From positions 3,068-67,067 of the forward strand of contig CAZHDZ010000004.1 of NCBI GenBank assembly GCA_964531275.1: a DNA stretch of 64,000 nt, given 5' to 3'. The stretch comes from an uncultured Gammaproteobacteria bacterium (GTDB lineage Bacteria > Patescibacteriota > Microgenomatia > Levybacterales > GWA1-39-11). The notes under the pieces were generated by a model. The model ran no database searches. It was not told where the DNA came from and saw nothing but the letters and a program-made list of their open reading frames with translations. The position numbers and the translations under genes are program-made. The first letter of the stretch is position 1, and every line of letters begins with the position of its first letter. Shown piece after piece: positions 35,537-45,346 of the stretch.

Positions 35537-36501
35537 TAGACAATCTCTACTTCCACTTCAGGGGTGAATCCGAAGGATTCTTGCATCTCTTCTTCAATTT
35601 CAGCAATTATTGATTTCACGTCCTGAGCCTTTGCTCCTCCCATATTTACGATAAAATTCTGATGCTTCTCGCTTACCTTTGCAGCGCCTACCTGTTTTCC
35701 TTTAAAACCGAGTCTATCAATTATGTAACCCATGCTTACTTTTCCATGCCATTTACCATCCACCAATTCTCGAATATCACTCCAAGACTCTAAAATTCTA
35801 TCAACCTCTTCCTTTTTTGAAATATTCTTAAATACACTTCCACAATTTGGATAATCCAGTGGGTGCTTGTCTTGACGATAAGTTATATTTTCAAAATATT
35901 TCTCGTGCGCATTTAGCAATTCTTCTTGAGTCCCGTCACGCAGACGAAATTGAGCTGATATAACGATTAACTTTTCTTTCTTAACTTTACTTGAGCGATA
36001 CTCAAATTCCATCTCATCATGATTTAAAGTAAGTTCTTCATAACTTCCGTCCTCCTGCAGTCTTATGCAATGTGCTTTTACAAAAACATCTTTTATCTCG
36101 CCTCCAAAAGCTCCTACATTTCCTCGTACTGCAGCACCAACCGTACCCGGAAGTCCTCCCGCCCATTCAAGACCCACAAGGCCTAATTCAAATTGTGCTT
36201 GGATTACACTATCAAGAAATTCTCCTGCAAAGCTTTCGATTAATCCATTTTCCAAAAATCTTACACCCTGCCCATCATCTTGAGACTGAAATCTAATAAC
36301 AACCCCATCAAAACCCTCATCCGGAAAAAGAAGGTTTGATCCAAGGCCTAGTACAAAGACATTGGTAATATTATTTTGCTTTATATAGGAAAGTGCTTCG
36401 TAGACATCTTCTTTTGAAGCCACATCGATAACAATTTTGGCTACACCACCAATTTGATACCAGAGAATAGTTGAGAGTAGAACGTTATTGTAAATTTGCA
36501 T
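35536..36501 (-). CDS. murB: UDP-N-acetylmuramate dehydrogenase
   Basis: IGGVA, LGLGSNLL, GLEWAGGLPGTVGAAVRGNVGAFG, YRSS, GSVFKN, SEKHQNFIVN. Confidence 0.95.
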   Translation of the reverse strand: MQIYNNVLLSTILWYQIGGVAKIVIDVASKEDVYEALSYIKQNNITNVFVLGLGSNLLFPDEGFDGVVIRFQSQDDGQGVRFLENGLIESFAGEFLDSVIQAQFELGLVGLEWAGGLPGTVGAAVRGNVGAFGGEIKDVFVKAHCIRLQEDGSYEELTLNHDEMEFEYRSSKVKKEKLIVISAQFRLRDGTQEELLNAHEKYFENITYRQDKHPLDYPNCGSVFKNISKKEEVDRILESWSDIRELVDGKWHGKVSMGYIIDRLGFKGKQVGAAKVSEKHQNFIVNMGGAKAQDVKSIIAEIEEEMQESFGFTPEVEVEIV

Positions 36502-38269
36502 CTGCTACGTCGTCCTCGGAAAGTCTGAGGAGCCCTTCATCGAGCCTTTTTTGATCGAGGTAATGGGCAATAAATCCGACTGAACGAGACAATACGAATA
36601 GAGCATTAAAGAACTCTTGCTCAATTAATTCATAGAGCTGCTCATCACTATATCCTTCTTTCTCTGAGAGATAATCCAAAAGAAGGGCCGCAATCGTACC
36701 ATCAACATTGAGTATTAAATTTCCTTTTTTCTCAGTTGTAACTTTTTCAACCTCAAGAGCAAAAGTCGTAAATCTTTTTGTACTTAACCTATCCAAAAAA
36801 ACCTTTAGTGCTGCTACTCTTGGATCAGGCATGTCCGTTCTGTATTTCTTGTGTCCAATTCCCTGAATATATTGTTTTTTAACGGCAAATTCTTCAACGT
36901 AAGAGGATGCATTTTTACCGTCAACAACCCCCGAGAACCAGTTGCGGGCAGCCTCATTGAGAGCTCCTCCAAAGCGAGGACCTATTGTCAAAAGCCCAGA
37001 GGATAATGAACTAACAAGATCTTTACCAGCACGAGCACTTACTATAGTATTAAGTGCACCTGATACATATGGTCCGTGATCTACGCTTATCTTTAAAATA
37101 AAATCTACTAACTCTTCAGTGTCTTGAGACTGGATTTTTTTGCCTAAGAACATTGAAGCAATTATCTTAGGAAATCCATTATTATTTGCAAAACTAAGCA
37201 AGTCTTCACCTAGCACCTGGACTTCCCCATCAACATCTTTTGAAATACTTGATGAAATTAATGCGTGTTTTCGATCGTCCATATTTTCAATTGTACCATT
37301 GGACTTATCAAAGCCAAAGTCTGAAAGATTTTGTATCATCTTAACAAATTCAGAAAAACTCTCAGGCACTTGTGCCCCCGCCTTCTTAAGTGCTTCTCTT
37401 TTTTCTTTTGCACCTTCAGCACGAGTCCCTGCCATAGCTTTTGCATGACCAAATTGCGGCGGGGTCTCAAAGAGATCCGAAATAGTACCTGCTACATAAC
37501 AAATTACCGGCTTTGTAATATGTCCTACTTCTAATAGCTTTGCTAATTTGTATTCATCCTCACCACCAAGCTCCCCATAATAAACAATGGCTTTCGTTGC
37601 ATCATCTTTTTGCGCTGCCATGAGTGCATCTACTGGCTCAAAGAGCGGAAATCTATCTCCCCCAAAAGATAAAGAGAAACTTACCTTGTTATGTGTCCTG
37701 TTAACAGTATTTATAATCTCGTTAACCATCCCACCGGATGCAGAAAGCACACAAACTCCCCCTGAGGAAAGTAAGCCAGAACTTATTATTTGTTTTTGAC
37801 TAACTCCACCAATAGCACCCACCTTAAAACTACCCGGAACCACTAACCCCACACTTGAAGGGCCAATGATTGACACATTTTTGCTCTTGGCATACTCAAA
37901 GAGTTCTATGGCGTGTTTTTCAGGAACTCCCTCTGCAAAAACAGTCCCAAATATAAGCTTAGGAAGCGTATTCATTGCCTCAATCATCGATGTAAGCACT
38001 CTTCTTCCAGAACTCACATTAAGCACTGTATTTATCTGACCCTTAAATGCTTGTGGAAGACGATTTAAAGTAGGGTAGACTGGCAACAAAATTTCCTTCT
38101 TGCCAAAAAAGTATCTATTAAAATTTCTCCCATTGGCAACAATTGCAATAATTGATGGGGAAGTACGACCTATCAAGAAATCGTAATCAAGCATTGACTG
38201 AATAATCCCAGCATGATTGCCAATAACTACTATCTTTAATGATGTCTCTCTCAGTTTTTGTATATCCAT
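36485..38269 (-). CDS. aclA: ATP-citrate lyase alpha subunit (CoA-binding + phospho-His + citryl-CoA lyase domains)
   Basis: FAEGVPE, IIGPSSVG, SASGGM, GGDRFP, GELGGEDE, QFGHAKA, DHGPYVSGA, IGPRFGGA, GIGH, LILNVDG. Confidence 0.88.
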   Translation of the reverse strand: MDIQKLRETSLKIVVIGNHAGIIQSMLDYDFLIGRTSPSIIAIVANGRNFNRYFFGKKEILLPVYPTLNRLPQAFKGQINTVLNVSSGRRVLTSMIEAMNTLPKLIFGTVFAEGVPEKHAIELFEYAKSKNVSIIGPSSVGLVVPGSFKVGAIGGVSQKQIISSGLLSSGGVCVLSASGGMVNEIINTVNRTHNKVSFSLSFGGDRFPLFEPVDALMAAQKDDATKAIVYYGELGGEDEYKLAKLLEVGHITKPVICYVAGTISDLFETPPQFGHAKAMAGTRAEGAKEKREALKKAGAQVPESFSEFVKMIQNLSDFGFDKSNGTIENMDDRKHALISSSISKDVDGEVQVLGEDLLSFANNNGFPKIIASMFLGKKIQSQDTEELVDFILKISVDHGPYVSGALNTIVSARAGKDLVSSLSSGLLTIGPRFGGALNEAARNWFSGVVDGKNASSYVEEFAVKKQYIQGIGHKKYRTDMPDPRVAALKVFLDRLSTKRFTTFALEVEKVTTEKKGNLILNVDGTIAALLLDYLSEKEGYSDEQLYELIEQEFFNALFVLSRSVGFIAHYLDQKRLDEGLLRLSEDDVADANLQ

Positions 38270-38276
38270 ATCTATT

Positions 38277-38335
38277 TAAAATCCAAATTCAAAACTCCAA
38301 TTTTCAAATGATCATTGGTACTTGATCATTGGTCC
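38277..38335. repeat. Heptamer-periodic imperfect hairpin (CAAATTY arm / ATTGGT arm)
   Basis: aaaatcc-aaattca-aaactcc-aattttc-aaat | gatcatt-ggtactt-gatcatt-ggtcc between aclB and aclA. Confidence 0.6.
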
Positions 38336-39520
38336 TTATTTTACCCACTCGAGGGCGGGTTCTACTATATCAGTAAGTATCAACTCTGGACCATGAATCT
38401 CTCCCAACAATTCAGTCTTTTCTAAGAAAGCTTTCATCATAGAAAGCCCTTCTTCCTGATGAGGACCTCCACGTCTTACAAAAATTTTCACATTTTGAGA
38501 TTTCAAATCCGTTGATACCTCTCCCAACGCTCGAATAATGCCTTTAAAAGTTATTCTAACGTCCGTAAAATTCGCCACACCCCCAGAAATAATGATTGAT
38601 TTATTATGGGATGTAGAGCGGAGTAGGGCAGTCAAAATATTCTTAACATACAGATAGGTCTCTTCTTCTGTAGGACTTCCACTATATTCACCATAATTAG
38701 CAAGTAAATCCCCTTTTCCCTTTTGGTAAATTTCATCAGCAGTCACCAAAGACGCCCCTCCTCCTGAAAGCAGGACAAAAATAGAGCCATTTGGATTAAG
38801 GACTTGATAACTCAGTGCTGCTGGAGTTGTTTCTTTTAATGCTTCTATCGCTTTTTCTTCTTCTGTTTTAACTTTCTTACTTCCCTCACGAAAATCATCC
38901 TTACTCCATGCACCTTCTACAAAGAATGCTGCTTCGCTATCTACTTCAACTGCTGTGTCTAAGAAATAAAATGTATCGTCTTTTACAACCAATGGATTGA
39001 TCTCTAAAAATGAAAAATAATACTCATCAAATGCAGTAATGATACTTTCAAGGGTTTCAACAGAGATTTTTAATGTAGTGGCAATATCTTTGTACTGTGA
39101 GTATCCAGTTAAAATTGATGAAGTAACAGAGTCTTTATTAGATTCAATTTCTATTCCACCTTGAGCTGAATAATGAACCATCTTGCCTTCTCGTACCCGC
39201 TCGATTGCAAAGTAAAATTCTCCACCTTCATGCTCAACAAACTCCTCCAAAATAAAATAGTTAAAGCCTTTTTCCTTTAACTTTTCTATTTCAGCCTTAA
39301 CATTTGTCCTATTTACATCAAGCACTACAAGCCCATTTTTCTTTCTCTGCTTTACACCCTGATCAACCTTCAGAACATATCGTATACCCTCTTCCATCTT
39401 TGAAAGTAGGTCTTCTACGTAATCATCATTTGTATTAATAGTAATACCTTTATAGGGAAGCTCTAAGAAAGAATACAATATTCTTTTTGCTGCAAATTCG
39501 GAGATTTTTTTCCTAGCCAT
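38336..39520 (-). CDS. aclB: ATP-citrate lyase beta subunit (ATP-grasp + citrate-binding domains)
   Basis: MARKKISEF, KVDQGVKQRKKNGLV, LEINPL, GGGASLV..D, NYGEYSGSP, GGVANFT, VRRGGP. Confidence 0.88.
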   Translation of the reverse strand: MARKKISEFAAKRILYSFLELPYKGITINTNDDYVEDLLSKMEEGIRYVLKVDQGVKQRKKNGLVVLDVNRTNVKAEIEKLKEKGFNYFILEEFVEHEGGEFYFAIERVREGKMVHYSAQGGIEIESNKDSVTSSILTGYSQYKDIATTLKISVETLESIITAFDEYYFSFLEINPLVVKDDTFYFLDTAVEVDSEAAFFVEGAWSKDDFREGSKKVKTEEEKAIEALKETTPAALSYQVLNPNGSIFVLLSGGGASLVTADEIYQKGKGDLLANYGEYSGSPTEEETYLYVKNILTALLRSTSHNKSIIISGGVANFTDVRITFKGIIRALGEVSTDLKSQNVKIFVRRGGPHQEEGLSMMKAFLEKTELLGEIHGPELILTDIVEPALEWVK

Positions 39521-39553
39521 ATTTTACGATTATACTAAATTATTCAACATGTT

Positions 39554-39650
39554 GGGGGTGACGCGACTGGGGGACCCACATTGTGAATCGCAATCCTGAT
39601 CGAAGCGAATGGTGAGAATCACGAATGGGGGTGAGGAGCGGCAGGACCCC
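39554..39650 (+). other. ~97-bp GC-rich imperfect hairpin element, copy A
   Basis: GGGGGT-GA-CGC-GA-CT...GGGACCCA-CATTGTGA//TCACGAATGGG...AG-GA-GCG-GCAGGACCCC; overlaps the last codons of the HAD gene. Confidence 0.55.
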
Positions 39651-40461
39651 GTCGTAATAACTCCTCTATCAAATACGCCACGCCATCTTCTTCTTGCCGT
39701 GGCACTATGACATCTGAAATTGCCTTAAGTTCTTCCCTAGCATTGCCCATAGCAACCTTAAATCCACATGCTTCCATTAAGGGAAAGTCGTTGTATCCGT
39801 CCCCTACTCCAACGACCTCTTCCCGCTCAAGCTTTAACAATTTTATCAATTCAAGGACTGAGAGATTTTTTGTTGCACTTTTTGAGGTCACATCCAAGGA
39901 TTTTCCAAGATCATTATAACTTCTTACAATATTCAGTTGTGGATACATATCAATCAACAGATTTACAAATTTTTCAAATTCTTCAATAGTCCTATTCCCT
40001 AGTGGCACGTTCACCTTAGGCGCATCTTGGTGGGAAAAATCTTCGGCCTTTTTCATAATCAAGTGCTGATACATTGAAATATCATATTCGTAAGAACCAT
40101 AGAGGGCATTATCTTTCTCTATCATGAAATCATAATTACTTGAGACTAAAGTCTTTGTAAAATCAGCAAGAGTATCAGCATCAATATTTTGTGAATATAG
40201 TACATTGTCTGTCACTGGATCAATAATTTCAGAACCCCCCCTTACAATAACTGGCATTGTTATTTCTAGATTCTTAATATCATTTTTAAGCATGAAATAC
40301 TGCCGACCGGATGCAATCGTGAACAATCTTCCATTGTTCTGCCAGTTCTTAATAGCAATGGTGTTCTTATCTGAAATTATTCTGTCTCGACCCATCAGAG
40401 TACCGTCTACATCACTTACGATGAGCTTGAATTTTGATGTGTCCTGAGGGAAATGGTCCAT
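39619..40461 (-). CDS. Cof-type HAD-IIB hydrolase
   Basis: SDVDGTL, IASGR, K of motif III (ATKN), GVGDGYND, AMGNA, EDGVA. Confidence 0.92.
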   Translation of the reverse strand: MDHFPQDTSKFKLIVSDVDGTLMGRDRIISDKNTIAIKNWQNNGRLFTIASGRQYFMLKNDIKNLEITMPVIVRGGSEIIDPVTDNVLYSQNIDADTLADFTKTLVSSNYDFMIEKDNALYGSYEYDISMYQHLIMKKAEDFSHQDAPKVNVPLGNRTIEEFEKFVNLLIDMYPQLNIVRSYNDLGKSLDVTSKSATKNLSVLELIKLLKLEREEVVGVGDGYNDFPLMEACGFKVAMGNAREELKAISDVIVPRQEEDGVAYLIEELLRRGPAAPHPHS

Positions 40462-40536
40462 GCAACATTATACATCTCCCCGGTAGTAAGGTCGAGATTT
40501 CTTCACATTCAATTTGTCGTTATAATAGAATTTACA

Positions 40537-40917
40537 ATGTTTAGGGCAATTCATCATGTAGCAATAATTTGTTCTGACTACGAGATTTCTAAGAAATTCT
40601 ATACAGAAATTTTAGGGTTTGAAATTATTAAAGAAACATTCCGCGAAGAGAGAAATTCCCATAAGCTCGATCTTAGAATGGGAGATATTCAAATAGAACT
40701 CTTCTCTTTTCCAGAGCCACCAAGAAGACTTTCGTATCCAGAGGCGGCGGGTCTTCGCCACTTGGCATTTAGTGTAAAAAATATTCAGGAAACTAAATTA
40801 GAACTTGAAGAAAAGAAAATAAAAGTAGAAGAGATAAGAATAGATGAGCAAACAGGAAAAAAATACACATTCTTTCAAGATCCAGATGCTCTTCCAATAG
40901 AGATCTATGAAATTTAA
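40537..40917 (+). CDS. VOC/glyoxalase family protein (YaeR-like)
   Basis: IHHVAIICSDY..SKKFY..ILG, IELFSFP..P.R.SYPEA.GLRHLAF, FFQDPD.LPIEIYE; start set to ATG 40537. Confidence 0.9.
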   Translation: MFRAIHHVAIICSDYEISKKFYTEILGFEIIKETFREERNSHKLDLRMGDIQIELFSFPEPPRRLSYPEAAGLRHLAFSVKNIQETKLELEEKKIKVEEIRIDEQTGKKYTFFQDPDALPIEIYEI

Positions 40918-40954
40918 GAGATATTAGTGAAGCGACTGGCTAGAAGCGAAACAA

Positions 40955-43084
40955 TTATTCTTCTTTAGGAACGAAGTTAGACTTTGATTTGATTTGCTCT
41001 TGGATCTGCAATGGCACTTCTTCATAGTGAGAAGGCTCCATGTATGCATTTGCACGACCCTGAGTAAGAGATCGGAGAGTCGTAATGTATCCTGAAAGTT
41101 CTGCAAGAGGAACAGTTGCAAGAATGATTCTTGAATTTCCTCTTTCTTCTGATCCTGAAATCTGAGCTCTCTTTGCAGAAAGATCTCCGATAACATCTCC
41201 CATAAATTCATCAGGAGTTGTAACTTCTACTTTCATTATAGGCTCAAGGAGTGTTACTTCTGCTTTTCTAGCACCTTGTTGGAATGCTTGTGATCCAGCG
41301 ATCTTAAATGCGATTTCCGAAGAGTCAACGTCATGGTAGGTTCCGTCATATAGTGTTACTTTTACATCAACCACTGGATATCCGAAAGCAACTCCACGCT
41401 CCATAGCTTCCTTAATACCCTTTTCAACTGGTGGTATAAATTCTGCAGGAATAGCTCCTCCCTTAATCGCATTTACAAATTCAAATCCTTCTCCTCGTGG
41501 CTTTGATTCAACAGTTATAAGAACGTGACCGTATTGTCCTCTTCCCCCCGTTTGTTTGATGTACTTAAATTCTGCGTTAGCTTTACCCTTGATTGTCTCC
41601 TTATATGCTACTTGAGGAGCACCAACATTTGCTTCAACTCCCATTTCTCTTTTCATACGCTCAACCATAATTTCAAGCTGAAGCTCTCCAACACCTGACA
41701 TGATTGTTTGTCCTGTCTCATGATTGATCTTAACGGTAAAGGTAGGATCTTCCTCCATGAGTCTTTTCATTGCTGCTCCCAATTTTTCTTGATCAGACTT
41801 AGTCTTAGGCTCAATAGCTAGTGAAATAACTGGATCTCTAAAGGTAATTTTCTGAAGAACGATTGGCTTTGCTTCATCACAAAGAGTATCTCCGGTTATT
41901 GTGTCTTTAAATCCAACGATAGCCACAATTTCTCCAGCAAAAGCTTCTTTAATTTCTTCTCTTTGATTTGCGTGCATAAGAAGAAGCCTTCCTACGCGCT
42001 CTTTGATGTCCTTTGTTGAGTTAAATGCATAGCTTCCAGATACGATCTTCCCCGAATAAATTCTGACGTAAGTAATTTTTCCTACATGAGGATCAACCTG
42101 AACTTTAAATGCAAATCCGGTAAATGCTTCTTCAGGATTTAAGTTTCTTGTCTCTTCTTGCTCGGTCTTTGGGTTCATTCCAGTTACTGTTTTAAGATCA
42201 AAAGGAGATGGTAGAAAGTCGATTACAGCGTCTAGAAGAGGCTGAACACCTTTATTTCGTAGAGAAGTTCCTGCAAAAACAGGAACAACTTTGTAAGCAA
42301 TAGTTGCTGCTCTTAATGCGGCTTTTAGTTCATCGTAACCAATTTCTTCTCCGTTGAGGTATTTTTCAAGTAAGGCGTCGTCAGTCTCAGCAATCTTTTC
42401 AATCATCTGTTCTCGGTATTTTTTAACCATGTCTGCCATTCCTTCAGGAATTTCATCTAGAACCTCAAAGCTAGCTCCCAATTCTTCTCCGCTCCAAATG
42501 TATGACTTCTCATCAAGAACATGATAAATTCCTTTAAAATCATTTTCTGCGCCAATTGGAAGTCCAATTGTGATCGGGTTTGCACCTAGTCTGTCTATAA
42601 CTGATTGGATTGTCTTTTCGTAATCAGCTCCTAATTTGTCCATTTTGTTAATAAAACAAATTCTAGGAACGTTGTATTTATCAGCCTGTCTCCAAACTGT
42701 TTCTGACTGTGACTGAACACCTTCTTCAGCATCAAGAACAGTAATTGCTCCGTCAAGAACACGAAGAGATCTTTCAACTTCAGCTGTAAAGTCTACGTGA
42801 CCGGGGGTATCAATAAGGTTGAATCTGTGGTCTTTCCAAAAAGTAGTAGTTGCAGCTGACACGATGGTGATTCCTCTTTCTCTCTCTTGGTCCATCCAGT
42901 CCATAGTTGCTGCTCCTTCATGAACTTCACCAATTTTATAAGTACGTCCCGTATAGTAAAGAATACGCTCAGAAGTTGTTGTTTTACCTGCGTCGATGTG
43001 CGCGATAATTCCAAAATTTCTAATTTTATCGAGTGCGACATTTCTGTCTTTTGTTACTGTTGTTTGTGGGGCTGTGCCTGCCAT
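40955..43084 (-). CDS. fusA: Elongation factor G
   Basis: [52 protein letters not shown]; start set to ATG 43084. Confidence 0.99.
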   Translation of the reverse strand: MAGTAPQTTVTKDRNVALDKIRNFGIIAHIDAGKTTTSERILYYTGRTYKIGEVHEGAATMDWMDQERERGITIVSAATTTFWKDHRFNLIDTPGHVDFTAEVERSLRVLDGAITVLDAEEGVQSQSETVWRQADKYNVPRICFINKMDKLGADYEKTIQSVIDRLGANPITIGLPIGAENDFKGIYHVLDEKSYIWSGEELGASFEVLDEIPEGMADMVKKYREQMIEKIAETDDALLEKYLNGEEIGYDELKAALRAATIAYKVVPVFAGTSLRNKGVQPLLDAVIDFLPSPFDLKTVTGMNPKTEQEETRNLNPEEAFTGFAFKVQVDPHVGKITYVRIYSGKIVSGSYAFNSTKDIKERVGRLLLMHANQREEIKEAFAGEIVAIVGFKDTITGDTLCDEAKPIVLQKITFRDPVISLAIEPKTKSDQEKLGAAMKRLMEEDPTFTVKINHETGQTIMSGVGELQLEIMVERMKREMGVEANVGAPQVAYKETIKGKANAEFKYIKQTGGRGQYGHVLITVESKPRGEGFEFVNAIKGGAIPAEFIPPVEKGIKEAMERGVAFGYPVVDVKVTLYDGTYHDVDSSEIAFKIAGSQAFQQGARKAEVTLLEPIMKVEVTTPDEFMGDVIGDLSAKRAQISGSEERGNSRIILATVPLAELSGYITTLRSLTQGRANAYMEPSHYEEVPLQIQEQIKSKSNFVPKEE

Positions 43085-43094
43085 ATTTTTAGTC

Positions 43095-43131
43095 AAAAAA
43101 ACGACCTCGAAAGGTCTTATGAGTTATTCTA
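43095..43131 (-). promoter_or_regulatory. fusA extended -10 promoter and leader hairpin + U-tract
   Basis: TGtTAGAAT (43126-43131), then GACCT-TTCG-AGGTC-G-U7 ending about 10 nt before the ATG. Confidence 0.55.
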
Positions 43132-43169
43132 ACAAATTGAGGTTAAAAAAGAAAGTGGAAATTGATTTA

Positions 43170-43991
43170 TTAACCTGTCTGATCAACCGGTCTTGTTGGC
43201 TGACCAAATAATAATGCGTTGGTGTGAGTAAAATGCGCAACATGATCATATGGGACACCAGTTTCGCTTCGAACTGTTGCAACCAAATTATCAATGGAAG
43301 TTCTACTAATATTCTTCTCGAGGGTCATTCGATCAAGTTCACTTAAAGGACTTTTAGAACCTATTCTTTTATCATAAAACTCTTGAAGTGCTTCAATTTC
43401 ATAAGGCATCCAAGTACGAAGAGAGTGGGAAGCAGGCATTGCAATTGCACATGCTCGATAAAAATCCTCAATGGAACCCTCACCCCACAACAGAGAAACA
43501 TCTCTAATTGATTTTGATGAAGGGTAACCCTTACCGTAGTGGTAAAGATAAGATAGCGCTGCTTCCGTGAATGTGTCCCTCACATCTATTGCTTCTCCTC
43601 TCGCATCAGAAAGAGCCATTTCGGTTCTCATAGCCCTTAAGCTCCTACTAACGTCTGCATCAACTATGTCTAACTCATTAGCTATTCCACGGGAAAAATT
43701 TACTGTAGAAAGATGACCTTGCTGATTAGTTCCACGCACATGAACACCAACGTCTGCCAAGTGCTTATAGAATAGATCCTTTTTCGCTGAATTTCCTCTC
43801 AAAATCTCAGTCATTTCAAGCCTTGAACTAATTTTGTCCCCGCTTTTGAGTCCTGATCTAACTTGATAGACTGCATCTCTACCAACCATGACTCCCTTAT
43901 CTCGCATCATTTCAACAACACGAGCTGCCTCAATACTTTTGTTAGTTATAGGTATTCCCGCTTTTTTTTCAACTTCTTGAATTCGACTCAT
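43170..43991 (-). CDS. Hypothetical protein
   Basis: 273-aa ORF; TATAAT 8 nt before ATG; no motif recognised. Confidence 0.65.
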   Translation of the reverse strand: MSRIQEVEKKAGIPITNKSIEAARVVEMMRDKGVMVGRDAVYQVRSGLKSGDKISSRLEMTEILRGNSAKKDLFYKHLADVGVHVRGTNQQGHLSTVNFSRGIANELDIVDADVSRSLRAMRTEMALSDARGEAIDVRDTFTEAALSYLYHYGKGYPSSKSIRDVSLLWGEGSIEDFYRACAIAMPASHSLRTWMPYEIEALQEFYDKRIGSKSPLSELDRMTLEKNISRTSIDNLVATVRSETGVPYDHVAHFTHTNALLFGQPTRPVDQTG

Positions 43992-44120
43992 AGCCCGAGA
44001 TTATACCAAGGAATATTAAAAAAATAAACTATAGGTTAGTGAACTTCTTGATCCTTTCTCGAGTTCATAATCGGATAACGCGAGTTGCAAACTCGAATTA
44101 GGCGAGTATATACTACTTGC

Positions 44121-44429
44121 ATGGCCAACGTAATCCAGACATGTACTACCTGCTCTAATCAATTTCTTGTAATAGACCAGGAGCAAGCTTTTCTCCGTCA
44201 AAAAGGCTTACCAAATCCAACAAATTGCCCAAAGTGCCGTCAGGCTAGACGGCTTAAGCTTCGAGGAGAAAGAGTGCTTTACAAAACAGACTGTCAACAA
44301 TGCGGAAAGGAAATTGTGGTTTCGTACGACCCATCCAAAGTTACAAATAAAATACTTTGTAAAGAAGATTACGAAAAGTATTATGAAGAGCATGACCCAA
44401 TGATCACAGATCCCCTACCACAACTATGA
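44121..44429 (+). CDS. Zinc-ribbon (CxxC) protein
   Basis: CTTC..F....EQAF....LPNPTNCPKCR..RR....LYKTDCQQCGK...ILC; TTGCAA-18-TATACT promoter 6 nt before ATG 44121. Confidence 0.8.
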   Translation: MANVIQTCTTCSNQFLVIDQEQAFLRQKGLPNPTNCPKCRQARRLKLRGERVLYKTDCQQCGKEIVVSYDPSKVTNKILCKEDYEKYYEEHDPMITDPLPQL

Positions 44430-45346
44430 CAGCCGACACATTTTTTCTCGAATTACAAAAACTCATCACTCAGCAGCCGAAAAGACCTTCAAATACATTA
44501 AATTCCGAAGATTGCAAATATACAAATTTCGTCTATTACAGTACGGAGCTTACTAACTGCTTTGACTGTACTAATTCAACAAATGGAATATATCTTTATG
44601 ACTCTCACAACTGTGCAAATTGTGCTGATATGAATTTTTCCTTTGAGACAGAACTTTCCTATGAATGTGTAGACGCCTTTAAATGTTTTAATTGCAGCTA
44701 CATTGATGATTGTGGCAACATGACTGATTCTGACTTTAGCACCTGGTGCCTCAACTGCCATGATGTATTTGGTTGCTTTAAGCTCAAAAATAAATCGTTC
44801 TGCATATTTAACAGACAATTTACGGAAGAGGAATATCACGAAAAAGTAAAATATCTCAAGACTCTTCCTCCAGAGAAAATCCTTGCTGAGGTTGAAAAAA
44901 TAGCACTAACTCACCCCATAACTCAGACTAATGAGCATGATAATGAAAATTCAAGCTTCGGCAATTACATTTACTTTTGTAAAAATTGCTATCTCTGCTT
45001 TGATTCGACACACAATCAAGATTGTGGATACACGTATGACTCTAGCTATAATTCTAATTCTTTTGATATCTTACAGTCGGGCAATTCAGAACTATCCTAT
45101 CAAGTTTCAGATTCAGGTCAGATCTTTAATTCTGCATATGTCTTGTGGTCAAAGAATTGTCAGGACAGCATGTATCTTATTGATTGCCTGGACGTTAAAA
45201 ATTCAATGGGATGTGTTGCACTAAGCCACAAAGAGTATTGCTTCTTAAATCGACAACTTTCAAAAGAGGAATATGAAGCAATTACAAAACCATTACGTGA
45301 AGAATTAAAAACAAAATACTTCGAGTGGGGCAACTTAATCTACTAA
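44426..45346 (+). CDS. Cys/Asn/Ser-rich repeat protein (probable beta-solenoid, two internal modules)
   Basis: ~10-aa Cys-rich repeats; each module ends GC..L..K.(F/Y)C(I/F).NRQ..EEEY; ATGA overlap with the upstream gene. Confidence 0.8.
   Translation: MTADTFFLELQKLITQQPKRPSNTLNSEDCKYTNFVYYSTELTNCFDCTNSTNGIYLYDSHNCANCADMNFSFETELSYECVDAFKCFNCSYIDDCGNMTDSDFSTWCLNCHDVFGCFKLKNKSFCIFNRQFTEEEYHEKVKYLKTLPPEKILAEVEKIALTHPITQTNEHDNENSSFGNYIYFCKNCYLCFDSTHNQDCGYTYDSSYNSNSFDILQSGNSELSYQVSDSGQIFNSAYVLWSKNCQDSMYLIDCLDVKNSMGCVALSHKEYCFLNRQLSKEEYEAITKPLREELKTKYFEWGNLIY

Noticed and set aside
39554-39650. Tn3-family MITE, integron attC site, tRNA or SRP RNA
   Set aside because: The GGGG termini resemble Tn3 ends only loosely and there is no 5-bp target duplication; there are no RYYYAAC/GTTRRRY ends, no cloverleaf/TTC arm and no SRP domain-IV motif.
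14142-40917. Prophage or genomic island between tuf and fusA
   Set aside because: No integrase, phage structural genes or att repeats; the block includes housekeeping genes such as murB.
44426-45346. Diversity-generating retroelement target
   Set aside because: No reverse transcriptase and no TR/VR pair differing at adenines was seen; the repeats are at protein level only.
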